DNA of 27,609 bases from an uncultured Cellvibrionales bacterium (GTDB taxonomy: Bacteria; Pseudomonadota; Gammaproteobacteria; Pseudomonadales; UBA7434), in the NCBI GenBank assembly GCA_937897785.1, contig CALCNB010000315.1, positions 1 through 27,609 on the forward strand. Direction: 5' to 3'. A program made the translations under genes and the position numbers. Each line of letters opens with the position of its first letter. The first letter of the stretch is position 1. Below the pieces are notes generated by a model, which saw nothing but the letters and a program-made list of their open reading frames with translations, did not search any database and was not told the DNA's origin. Below, one piece after another: positions 16,886-25,629 of the stretch.

Positions 16886-17596
16886 TTATGCCGGCTTGTC
16901 TCTAGGACCAAAAATATCGGTGCCAACTCTAACAATGGTTGCCCCTTCGGCAATGGCTGACTCTAAGTCGGCTGACATGCCCATCGATAAGGTGTCGAAT
17001 GATGCCCTATCATTCACTGAGTCTATAGCGTCTTTTACCGAGTCGAACAATGTTCGCATTCGAGAAAAACTATTCCGCTGCTCAGCTTCGCTTTCTGACT
17101 GCGCCGGTATTGCCATTAAGCCTCTCAATTGTAATCGAGGCAAGCGATTAATTTCAGTAACTGCGGCAGCAATATGGTCGACATCAAAACCAGATTTAGT
17201 CTCTTCATTATCAATATTGACTTGCAAGCAGATGTTCAACGGTGGCATGTCCGCCGGTCGTTGATCGCTTAGTCGCCTGGCCAGCTTAATCCGATCAACA
17301 CTGTGCACCCAACTAAACAATCGTGCAATCGTTTGAGTTTTATTGGACTGAATACCGCCAATATAGTGCCAGCTTAAATTAAGCGCGTGCAGTTGTTGAA
17401 TTTTCTGCTCAGCTTCTTGTAGATAATTTTCGCCAAAATCAATTAAACCCGCCGCCACAGCGGCCTGTATCGCCTCCACCGTTTGCTTTTTACTGACCGC
17501 TAACAGTGAAATAGTCGATCTTTTACGGTCATAACTATCCGCCGCGCGATTGATTCGTGCAAGCGTCACAGCAATATTGTGTTCGATCGGTATCAT
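16886..17596 (-). CDS. yggS: PLP homeostasis protein YggS/PipY
   Basis: LLAVSK (PLP Lys), FGENYLQE, WHYIGGIQSNK, LQVNI, LRGLMAIP, LSMGMSAD..AI..GATIVRVGTDIFG. The likely start is ATG 17596. Confidence 0.96.
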   Translation of the reverse strand: MIPIEHNIAVTLARINRAADSYDRKRSTISLLAVSKKQTVEAIQAAVAAGLIDFGENYLQEAEQKIQQLHALNLSWHYIGGIQSNKTQTIARLFSWVHSVDRIKLARRLSDQRPADMPPLNICLQVNIDNEETKSGFDVDHIAAAVTEINRLPRLQLRGLMAIPAQSESEAEQRNSFSRMRTLFDSVKDAIDSVNDRASFDTLSMGMSADLESAIAEGATIVRVGTDIFGPRDKPA

Positions 17597-17726
17597 TTTT
17601 GGGTAAATCCAGCGATTGAGCCTAGCCAACGGTTGAAGCTATAGGTATTCCATACAGCTTTTTACTTTATTTTACCGTGAATAGCGTGGCCTCAATAGTC
17701 ATAAAAGGTGAGGATGGGACTAATTT

Positions 17727-18764
17727 ATGTCAATTTTTGAATTACTGAATGATTCACTCGCATTAAATGCGTCAGATTTACACTTATCATCTGGCTTGGT
17801 GCCAATGGTAAGAGTCGACGGCGAGATGCAGGGCTTAGATTATCCCGCGCTGACGCCAGAGATATTATCTGACTTGCTTGAAAGCTTTATGACTGACCAA
17901 CAAAGCGCTGATTTTGCCGAGTATTTAGAAACCGACTTTTCTTATGCCTATAAAGACATTGCCCGCTTTCGAGTCAACGTTTTTCAACAAAATCGCGGCC
18001 CTGGTGCGGTGCTTAGAACTATTCCAACAACTGTATTATCAATGGATCAATTGGCAATGGGCCAAATTTTTCGCGATATCGCTTCACTGCCTCGAGGGCT
18101 AGTGTTAGTGACCGGCCCCACGGGTTCGGGAAAGTCCACCACACTAGCGGCACTGATTAATTTTATTAATCAAAGTCGACAGGAGCATATCTTAACGATT
18201 GAGGACCCGATTGAATTTATCCATCAAAGCCAGCAATGCTTAGTCAACCAACGTGAAGTGCATCGCCACACCTTGAGCTTCAATCAAGCCCTTCGATCGG
18301 CACTCCGCGAAGATCCCGATATAATTTTAGTCGGCGAGTTGCGCGATCTTGAAACCATTCGTCTAGCATTAACCGCTGCAGAAACGGGCCACTTAGTCTT
18401 TGCAACTTTGCATACCAGTTCAGCGGCTAAAACAATCGATCGAATTGTCGATGTATTTCCAGCCAATGAAAAAACCATGGTGCGATCAATGTTGTCCGAA
18501 AGCTTACAGGCGGTTATTTCACAAACACTCATCAAGCGTATCAATGGCGGCAGGGTTGCCGCCCATGAAATTATGCTGGCGACCCCAGCGATCAGAAATT
18601 TGATCCGTGAAGACAAAGTAGCTCAGATGTACTCGGCAATTCAAACTGGTGGCAAGCAAGGCATGCAGACAATGGATCAATGCTTAAAAGCATTAGTTAT
18701 TGATCATCTTATTAGTGTCGATCATGCCCGCGAGAAGGCCAGACAAGCCGATGATTTCAATTAG
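17727..18764 (+). CDS. pilT: Type IV pilus retraction ATPase PilT
   Basis: ASDLHLS, GPTGSGKSTT, TIEDPIE, LREDPDIILVGELRD, GHLVFATLHT (His box), AIRNLIRE; divergent from yggS. Confidence 0.93.
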   Translation: MSIFELLNDSLALNASDLHLSSGLVPMVRVDGEMQGLDYPALTPEILSDLLESFMTDQQSADFAEYLETDFSYAYKDIARFRVNVFQQNRGPGAVLRTIPTTVLSMDQLAMGQIFRDIASLPRGLVLVTGPTGSGKSTTLAALINFINQSRQEHILTIEDPIEFIHQSQQCLVNQREVHRHTLSFNQALRSALREDPDIILVGELRDLETIRLALTAAETGHLVFATLHTSSAAKTIDRIVDVFPANEKTMVRSMLSESLQAVISQTLIKRINGGRVAAHEIMLATPAIRNLIREDKVAQMYSAIQTGGKQGMQTMDQCLKALVIDHLISVDHAREKARQADDFN

Positions 18765-18789
18765 CTAAGTACCGTTTTAAGACCTTATA

Positions 18790-19233
18790 CTATTCGCGAT
18801 TAAACCAACTTTCTAAGATTAGCTGAGCGGCCTCTGCGTCAACCGTTAGTGCCTGCCTTCTATCACCCTGTCGCTCATGCCTAATTGATTTTGCCTCAAA
18901 GCTTGATAATCGCTCATCGCACAACTCGACCTTTAAGCCATACCGACCATGTAATCGCTTAGCAAATTTTCTTGCTCGCGTTGACATCTCGCTTTCTGAG
19001 CCGTCCATATTCAGGGGCAGGCCGACCAACAAAAAATCAGGCCGCCACTGCTCCAGTAATTGTCCAATTTCATCCCAGCTGGGGCTACCCTGTTTCGCCT
19101 TAATCACTGCAATGGGCTCAGCGGTGCGCAGCAAGCTTTGACCGACGGCGACGCCAATATGTTTTAAACCGAAATCAAATGCACACACTCTATGATTGCT
19201 ACCCGCTGAACTTAACTCGTCAACATCGGGCAT
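18790..19233 (-). CDS. yqgF: YqgF/RuvX nuclease (pre-16S rRNA maturation)
   Basis: AFDFGLKHIGVAVG, VGLPLNMDGSE, DERLSS, VDAEAAQLILESW; TAATG stop/start overlap with yqgE. Confidence 0.93.
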   Translation of the reverse strand: MPDVDELSSAGSNHRVCAFDFGLKHIGVAVGQSLLRTAEPIAVIKAKQGSPSWDEIGQLLEQWRPDFLLVGLPLNMDGSESEMSTRARKFAKRLHGRYGLKVELCDERLSSFEAKSIRHERQGDRRQALTVDAEAAQLILESWFNRE

Positions 19234-19802
19234 TAAGCATGACCCACAGTTGTGGCGAGTGCAGAAAAATCAACGCCAATTAAATTAGCGGCTGCGTTTG
19301 CGCGTAAGTGAAAGGGGGTTGAAAAAATAATGTCTGTATTAGCAGGTGATATCAACCAAGTATTTTCTTGTAACTCCTGCTCTAATTGTCCTGGTGCCCA
19401 ACCAGCGTAGCCTAAAACAAACATAAATTGACGAGGCCCCGAGCCAGAATCTAAAGCGGCCAATATGTCTTTTGAGGAGGTCAGCGCAATATGCTCGCTT
19501 ACTTGTAACGTCGACCGCCAACGCTGATCGTCAGCTAAATTTTGATGTAAAATAAAACCTCGCTCTAAATCAATAGGACCACCAACCATTACCGGCTGTG
19601 TTGCTAACAATGACTCATCGCTGTAAGTGTCTGTCAACAGTTCATCTATTTTCAAGTCGGAAGGCCGATTAATGATGACGCCCATAGCGCCACCTTCATC
19701 GTGTTGACAAATATAAGTCACGCTGGCTTTAAACATGCCTTGGTCCAAAGCCGGTGTGGCAATTAACAGCTGGTTATTTAAAAAGTTATCTTTATTTTGC
19801 AT
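19233..19802 (-). CDS. yqgE: YqgE/AlgH-family protein
   Basis: LLIATP, F..SVTYICQHDEGGAMGVIINRP, GGP....GFILH, LGYAGWAPGQLEQE...N.WL. The likely start is ATG 19802. Confidence 0.93.
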   Translation of the reverse strand: MQNKDNFLNNQLLIATPALDQGMFKASVTYICQHDEGGAMGVIINRPSDLKIDELLTDTYSDESLLATQPVMVGGPIDLERGFILHQNLADDQRWRSTLQVSEHIALTSSKDILAALDSGSGPRQFMFVLGYAGWAPGQLEQELQENTWLISPANTDIIFSTPFHLRANAAANLIGVDFSALATTVGHA

Positions 19803-19874
19803 TTCACTGCCATCCACCAAGACTCGCCGATTATAAAATTCAGCATTAAAAACTCTGCAGAGAGTTTAATCATA

Positions 19875-20483
19875 TCAGTTTTTTTTAAAAACCAACAAGC
19901 GATTATTTGCTGGCATTGCAATGTCTTCTACTAAATTAAATTGCGAATTCTGATTTGCGAGGGAATTTAACATTTCGATATCGCGAATACCCGACTGGCT
20001 ATCTCGATTTTTTAGCCAAAGATCGAATGCAACATTGCTATCGCTGGTGAACTGTCCGTCATAATTAAACGGCCCATAAATAAAAAAATATCCGCTGCTT
20101 GGCAAATATTTTGCCGCACCTTTAAATAAGCGCTGTAATTGGCCGATTGAAACAATATGTGTGGTATTTGCGGTGAACATATGGTGAATCGTTTTGACCG
20201 ACCAGCTATTGGCATCAATATTTAAACTTATCGGCGGCAGTAAGTTAGCCAGTTTTGCTTCTTTTTGCCAAGCGTCAATGCTAGCCAGCTGCCCATGTAC
20301 ATCACTCGGCTGCCATTCTACATAAGGCAAATGCTCAGCAAAAAAAACCGCGTGCTGGCCGGTGCCACTGCCTATCTCTAATAGGCGGCATGGCTTATTG
20401 TTACTTTGTTCTTCTAGAAATGGCTTAAGCGCATTTAAAATCGCTTGTTTATTTTTATCACAGGCCGGCGAATAGCGCTTCAC
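19875..20483 (-). CDS. DUF938-family class I SAM-dependent methyltransferase-like protein
   Basis: SPACDKNK..IL, LEIGSGTGQHA, WQPSD, YGPFNYDG.FTSDSN..FD..L, GIRD, MPANN. Confidence 0.9.
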   Translation of the reverse strand: MKRYSPACDKNKQAILNALKPFLEEQSNNKPCRLLEIGSGTGQHAVFFAEHLPYVEWQPSDVHGQLASIDAWQKEAKLANLLPPISLNIDANSWSVKTIHHMFTANTTHIVSIGQLQRLFKGAAKYLPSSGYFFIYGPFNYDGQFTSDSNVAFDLWLKNRDSQSGIRDIEMLNSLANQNSQFNLVEDIAMPANNRLLVFKKN

Positions 20484-20503
20484 AATACCGTCCGTGACAA
20501 CCG

Positions 20504-21283
20504 CTAGGCTGCATCTGCATCACGTAAAAACAACCATTCATTTTCCGTCGATCCTTGCGGCTCAAAGTAATAGCCATCGACATTGAATTTTTTAATTTGT
20601 GACGGCTCTTGCAACTTGTTTTTTATAATATAGGCGCTCATTAGTCCGCGAGCTTTTTTCGCATAAAAGCTTATTATTTTATATTTTCCATTTTTATAAT
20701 CTTTGAAAACAGGTGTAATAATATTTGCTTTTAATCCTGATTTATCAATCGCGTTAAAATATTCGTTCGAGGCTAGATTGATAACCGTACTGGAATCGAG
20801 GCTGGTTAATTGTTTGTTCAACGCTTGGGTAGGCTTTTTATCCCAGAACTCATATAAATTTTTACCTTTATCATTGGTCAACTTCGTGCCCATTTCAAGG
20901 CGATAAGGCTGAATTAAATCCAGCGGCCTGAGCACACCATAAAGCCCGCTTAAGATTCTTAAATGCTGTTGAGCAAACTCAAAATCATCTTCCGTAAAGG
21001 TTTCAGCATTTAAGCCAGTATAAACATCTCCCTTAAATGCTAATAGCGCCTGTTTGGCATTTTTTTTAGTGAAAGGCATTTGCCAATTCATAAATCGCTG
21101 GGTATTTAACTCAGCTATTTTTTGACTGACTCCCATTAGGTTAACCAAATCGTCTGGCGCGAATTCACGCATACGGTCAATCAGCATGGCAGAATCTTTT
21201 AGCATCGTCGGCTTGCTTGCTATAGCAGTGTTGGCCGGTGTGTCAAAATCCAGTGTTTTAGCGGGTGAAATAACTAACAACAT
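20504..21283 (-). CDS. yaaA: Peroxide stress protein YaaA (DUF328)
   Basis: ISPAKTLDF, FKGDVYTGL, LRILSGLYGVLRPLDLIQPYRLEMG, INLASNEY, ISFYAKKARGLM. Confidence 0.96.
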   Translation of the reverse strand: MLLVISPAKTLDFDTPANTAIASKPTMLKDSAMLIDRMREFAPDDLVNLMGVSQKIAELNTQRFMNWQMPFTKKNAKQALLAFKGDVYTGLNAETFTEDDFEFAQQHLRILSGLYGVLRPLDLIQPYRLEMGTKLTNDKGKNLYEFWDKKPTQALNKQLTSLDSSTVINLASNEYFNAIDKSGLKANIITPVFKDYKNGKYKIISFYAKKARGLMSAYIIKNKLQEPSQIKKFNVDGYYFEPQGSTENEWLFLRDADAA

Positions 21284-21469
21284 AAAGAGAGCCTTTGATC
21301 ATCGAATAAGGTGTAAATAAAACCACTTTAGCTTATGCTATGGTTCATAAATTACCATTAGCGCAGACATTTGGCAAAGACCATAACCAACTATTGGCAA
21401 TCTTCCTCTGTTAAAACGAAAGATCGCTATTAGTTTGATTATTTTAGCGAACTGGGAGCTGAACTCACG

Positions 21470-22762
21470 ATGATAAAACCGTTTAAGTTTAAGCTATTGC
21501 TAAGCTTTTTCATTGCCGTTTTGTTGTTAAGTGCTGGCTGTTCTGTCAATCCTGTCACCGGCGAACAAGAATTAAGCTGGATCGATGAGCAATGGGAGCG
21601 AAAAACCGGTCAACAGTATTATGGCTTGCAGCAACAGGCAGGTGGCGGCCCCTATCTTATTGATCCCGATTTGACCTTGTATGTTAAATCAGTCGGCCAA
21701 AGAATTATCCCCCATAGCCGTCGCTCAAGCTTGCCTTATGAGTTTGTCGTTCTCAATGATTCTAGCCCCAATGCCTGGGCATTACCTGGCGGTAAGATTG
21801 CCATCAATAGAGGTTTATTATTGGCACTTAATAACGAAGCAGAGTTAGCTGCGGTTCTAGCCCATGAGATTGTCCACGCTGATGCGCGACACAGCGCTCA
21901 AAGCCAAGAGCTAGGGTCAATCATATCGCTTGGCCAAGTGCTCGCGTCTGAAATACTATCGAATGCAGGCTATAACCATCAAACCATCCAGCAAGGTATC
22001 GCCTATGGCGGACTTTACGGCCAAACCCGTTATAGCCGCAGCAGAGAACTAGAAGCGGACCTTTATGGTATGAAATATATGTCTGCCGCGGGCTATGACC
22101 CTCGTGCAGCCATCAGCCTGCAAAAAACCTTTGTCGAGCTATCTAAAGACGCAAAAGCAGACAGTTTTAGTCAGTTATTCGCTTCTCATCCACCCTCTCA
22201 AGAGCGTGTTAATGCGAATCAACAAACCAGCTTAACACTCCCGCATAATGGCGAGCGTGGTGAAGAGCGCTATCGTCAAGAGCTGACGCTACTTCGTAAA
22301 AGACAGCCGGCGTATGCGCTATCCGACCAAGCTAAGTCCGCTATCAACGATAAAAAATATCGCCAAGCTATTAAACTGGCTGATCAAGCTATTACTATTG
22401 AGCCTCTGGAAAGTGAGTTTTATGAAGTCAAAGGCGCCGCCCAAATAAAACTCGATCAAACATCGGCAGCATTGATCTCATTAAATAAAGCCGTAGCATT
22501 AAATCAGCATTACTACTCACCTATGCTTCGTCGCGGTATACTGCAATTCGATTTAAATGCCTATGACTTGGCAGAACAAGACCTGTTAGCCAGCGTTAAA
22601 TTAGCGCCTAGTCAAATCGCTTTTTTGACGCTCGCAGAGATTGCTCAGCAAAAACAAAACTGCCCTGCAGAAAAGCGTTATTTACGCCAAGCATTGAGTA
22701 CTAGCAACAAAAACCGAGCCGCTATTAATCAACGATTGACCGCTTTAAATAGCCGCTGTTAA
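21470..22762 (+). CDS. M48-family zinc metalloprotease lipoprotein with C-terminal TPRs (BepA/LoiP-like)
   Basis: Signal peptide ending LLLSAG-C, CSVNPVTG, PNAWALPGG, ELAAVLAHEIVH (HExxH), ELEAD, FASHP..ER, TPR-like tail. Confidence 0.9.
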   Translation: MIKPFKFKLLLSFFIAVLLLSAGCSVNPVTGEQELSWIDEQWERKTGQQYYGLQQQAGGGPYLIDPDLTLYVKSVGQRIIPHSRRSSLPYEFVVLNDSSPNAWALPGGKIAINRGLLLALNNEAELAAVLAHEIVHADARHSAQSQELGSIISLGQVLASEILSNAGYNHQTIQQGIAYGGLYGQTRYSRSRELEADLYGMKYMSAAGYDPRAAISLQKTFVELSKDAKADSFSQLFASHPPSQERVNANQQTSLTLPHNGERGEERYRQELTLLRKRQPAYALSDQAKSAINDKKYRQAIKLADQAITIEPLESEFYEVKGAAQIKLDQTSAALISLNKAVALNQHYYSPMLRRGILQFDLNAYDLAEQDLLASVKLAPSQIAFLTLAEIAQQKQNCPAEKRYLRQALSTSNKNRAAINQRLTALNSRC

Positions 22763-22786
22763 TTCATAATAAAAAGTGACTGACGA

Positions 22787-23314
22787 TTGAATAGTTTACG
22801 ACAAACTTTAAATACCCTTGATGCATTTACCCAACGTGTAGGCCATATGGTGGCTTGGCTGTTGATTTTGCTGGTATTGATGCAAGGCTTAGTGGTGCTG
22901 TTACGTTACGGTTTCAGCTGGGGCTCTATTGCCTTGCAAGAGTCGGTTACCTACCTGCATGCTATCTGCTTTATGCTCGGTGCTGCCTTTACTTTACAAG
23001 TCGATCGTCATGTCCGCGTCGATGTGCTATATCGCAGCATGAGCCTTAAACAGCAAGCATTAGTTAATGCGGTTGGCAGTGTTTTATTTTTAATGCCCGT
23101 TTGTCTGTTTATGTTATGGACCAGTTATGACTATGTGGTTCAGGCCTGGGCCATAAAAGAGCGCTCCGCCGACAGCGGTGGCTTAGCGGCTGTCTACTTA
23201 CTTAAAACCTTGATTCCTCTGTTGGCCGTGAGCTTATTTGCCCAAGCGCTGGCCGAGCTCGGGCGATCAATACTGACCTTAACTGGCCGCGATATTGGCG
23301 CCTATCATGATTGA
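22787..23314 (+). CDS. dctQ: TRAP transporter small permease DctQ
   Basis: VLLRY.F, LQE...YLH, GAAFTL....HVRVDVLY, ERS.DSGGL; four TM segments; TTG start. Confidence 0.88.
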   Translation: MNSLRQTLNTLDAFTQRVGHMVAWLLILLVLMQGLVVLLRYGFSWGSIALQESVTYLHAICFMLGAAFTLQVDRHVRVDVLYRSMSLKQQALVNAVGSVLFLMPVCLFMLWTSYDYVVQAWAIKERSADSGGLAAVYLLKTLIPLLAVSLFAQALAELGRSILTLTGRDIGAYHD

Positions 23315-24677
23315 ATTGATGCCTCTAATCATGTTTTTCGTCATTTGCCTAGTGTTACTCTTAGGCTATCCAGTGGCATTTTCATTAGCCGGAACAGCAC
23401 TGTTATTTGCAGGATTTGGCACTTTGTTTGGCGTTTTTGATGCTAATTTTTTAGGCGCCTTCCCTAGTCGTATTTTTGGTACGATGACGAATATCACCTT
23501 AATTGCAGTTCCGCTATTTATTTTTATGGGTGTCATGCTAGAGAAATCTCGCCTTGCTGAGGATCTATTGACTAACATGGCTTTATTGTTTGGTCGGCGG
23601 CGGGGCGGTCTTGCTTACTCAGTAATTATCGTCGGGATGTTACTCGCCGCCAGTACGGGTATCGTCGGCGCAACGGTAGTAACTATGGGGCTAATGTCGC
23701 TACCAACCATGCTAAAACAGCAATACGACCCAGCGCTGGCAACGGGCACTATTTGTGCGACAGGTACATTAGGTCAAATTATTCCCCCTTCTATCGCCTT
23801 AGTTTTATTGGGCGATATTCTATCGAGCGCTTATCAACAAGCACAATTGAATCAAGGCATCTTCAGTCCTAAAACCGTTTCTGTCGGCGATCTATTTGTT
23901 GGCGCTTTATTACCGGGCCTATTACTAGTATCGCTTTACCTGCTGTATGTATTTTCTATGACACGACTTTCGCCCTCGCTCGCCCCCGCCGCTGATCAGG
24001 ACAGCAAGTCAGTCAGTGGTCGCCAACTGTTGGCTGGCTTAATGCCGCCATTAGCGCTGATTTTTCTTGTGCTCGGCTCGATTTTATCTGGCGCGGCAAC
24101 GCCTACTGAAGCAGCAGCAGTTGGCGCTTGTGGCGCAACTATCATCGCATTATTAAAGCATCAACTTTCAGTGGCACAACTGACCGAAGTGGTTCGAGAA
24201 ACACTGAAAATCACTTGCATGGTATTTATGATTTTAATTGGAGCTACTTTATTCTCTTTAGTTTTTAGAGGCTACGGTGGTGATGAACTCGTTCAATCGT
24301 TATTTCTTAATATGCCTGGCGGTAAGCTGGCGGCCATGCTAGTCGTGATGCTAGTTATTTTCTTACTCGGCTTCATTCTCGATTTTATTGAAATCACTTT
24401 TGTGGTCGTGCCCATTGTAGCTCCTATTTTATTGATGCTTGGCTTCGACCCAATCTGGCTCGGCATCATGATAGCCATCAACTTACAAACGTCTTTCTTA
24501 ACCCCGCCGTTTGGCTTTGCATTATTCTATCTGCGCGGTGTCGCTCCCTCGTCTATTGCAACCGCCACCATGTATCGCGGCGTTCTACCCTTTATTTTTA
24601 TTCAGCTCTTGGTGTTATGTTTAATCGCGCAATGGCCTCAAATTGTGACTTGGTTACCGGAACAAATTTACAATTAA
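23307..24677 (+). CDS. dctM: TRAP transporter large permease DctM
   Basis: LLLGYPVAFSL, LIAVPLFIFMG, ASTGIVGA, GTLGQIIPPS, ATPTEAAAVG, QTSFLTPPFG. ATG 23307 overlaps the dctQ end by 8 nt. Confidence 0.93.
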   Translation: MIELMPLIMFFVICLVLLLGYPVAFSLAGTALLFAGFGTLFGVFDANFLGAFPSRIFGTMTNITLIAVPLFIFMGVMLEKSRLAEDLLTNMALLFGRRRGGLAYSVIIVGMLLAASTGIVGATVVTMGLMSLPTMLKQQYDPALATGTICATGTLGQIIPPSIALVLLGDILSSAYQQAQLNQGIFSPKTVSVGDLFVGALLPGLLLVSLYLLYVFSMTRLSPSLAPAADQDSKSVSGRQLLAGLMPPLALIFLVLGSILSGAATPTEAAAVGACGATIIALLKHQLSVAQLTEVVRETLKITCMVFMILIGATLFSLVFRGYGGDELVQSLFLNMPGGKLAAMLVVMLVIFLLGFILDFIEITFVVVPIVAPILLMLGFDPIWLGIMIAINLQTSFLTPPFGFALFYLRGVAPSSIATATMYRGVLPFIFIQLLVLCLIAQWPQIVTWLPEQIYN

Positions 24678-24762
24678 GGGCTTTTTAGTCTTTCTCTGCT
24701 CCACTAAACGATCTTTCGGGTTACTATGTAAGCCTTTCATTTAATTTAGAGGCCTGTAGAAC

Positions 24763-25152
24763 ATGAACAGTATCGATGACAACCCATCACCTAACGGTGA
24801 AATGTCGCTTCAAACCATTGCAATGCCAAAGGATACTAACGCCAGCGGCGATATATTTGGCGGCTGGCTGTTGTCACAAATGGATATAGCCGCGGCCGTT
24901 GCCGCTGGCAAAGTCGCTGGTGGTCGAGTCGCCACCGTTGCCATTGATAATATGAATTTTTTAGTGCCGGTACATGTCGGCGCGGTCGTTGGCTGTTATA
25001 CCGAAGTCGTCAATGTTGGTCGTAGCTCTATTCAGGTGATCGTTGAAGTGTGGATCGATAAAGGTATTTCGGGCGAAAAAATCAAGGTCACTGAAGGTTT
25101 ATTTGTCTTTGTCGCCATTGATAATAACGGCCGAACACGAGCAGTAAGCTAA
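24763..25152 (+). CDS. yciA: Hotdog-fold acyl-CoA thioesterase (YciA-like)
   Basis: AMPKDTNASGDIFGGWLLSQMD, VATVA, F..PV.VG, VGRSSI.V, FVFVAID..GR.R. Confidence 0.9.
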   Translation: MNSIDDNPSPNGEMSLQTIAMPKDTNASGDIFGGWLLSQMDIAAAVAAGKVAGGRVATVAIDNMNFLVPVHVGAVVGCYTEVVNVGRSSIQVIVEVWIDKGISGEKIKVTEGLFVFVAIDNNGRTRAVS

Positions 25153-25164
25153 ACAGTCGCCCGT

Positions 25165-25629
25165 CTATTGAGCGCAGCTTTGTTGGTAGCGCTTTTCTGC
25201 ATAGTCTTTTAAGTCGCTGGCACAGCGATTAAAACCTCGCTCAATACCAACAGCAAATTGCTCAAGCATCGCTGGCATGTGTTCACCGGAGAAGTCATCA
25301 ACGGTGTAGTAACTGCAGCTATTATGGCTAAGTGCCGTAATGTATTGACTGCGGCAGGCATGAATTGGATCGCCTGGCTTATTCTCCATTGACCATGCGA
25401 TTTTTTTGGGTGCCTCGATACAGGTAATGTATTCGATTTGTGGCTGTAAGCCAAAACCTAAATCGGTCATCATCTCAACCGCCGCACCTAACTCAAGCGT
25501 CGATTTGATTTGCGGACAAAAACGATTCCACTCTGAGTAACGCTCAAAATCGACAAGGATAGACCAGACCCATTCAGCCGGCGCTTGAATAGTAACAACA
25601 TCAGAGGCTACCGCTGACTCGCTAATCAT
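25165..25629 (-). CDS. SRPBCC/START-like (polyketide cyclase 2) ligand-binding protein
   Basis: VTIQAPAEWVWSILVDFERYSEWN N-terminal motif and a C-terminal helix (GFNRCASDLKDYAE). It overlaps the dctP stop by 8 nt. Confidence 0.78.
   Translation of the reverse strand: MISESAVASDVVTIQAPAEWVWSILVDFERYSEWNRFCPQIKSTLELGAAVEMMTDLGFGLQPQIEYITCIEAPKKIAWSMENKPGDPIHACRSQYITALSHNSCSYYTVDDFSGEHMPAMLEQFAVGIERGFNRCASDLKDYAEKRYQQSCAQ

Noticed and set aside
15397-19802. yggT-proC-yggS / pilT / yqgF-yqgE clustering as a novel system
   Set aside because: This is well-known conserved gammaproteobacterial synteny.
24678-24762. Possible terminator between dctM and yciA (GGGTTAC-TAT-GTAAGCC-TTTC)
   Set aside because: The stem has an internal mismatch and only a short T-run, which is too weak to call.
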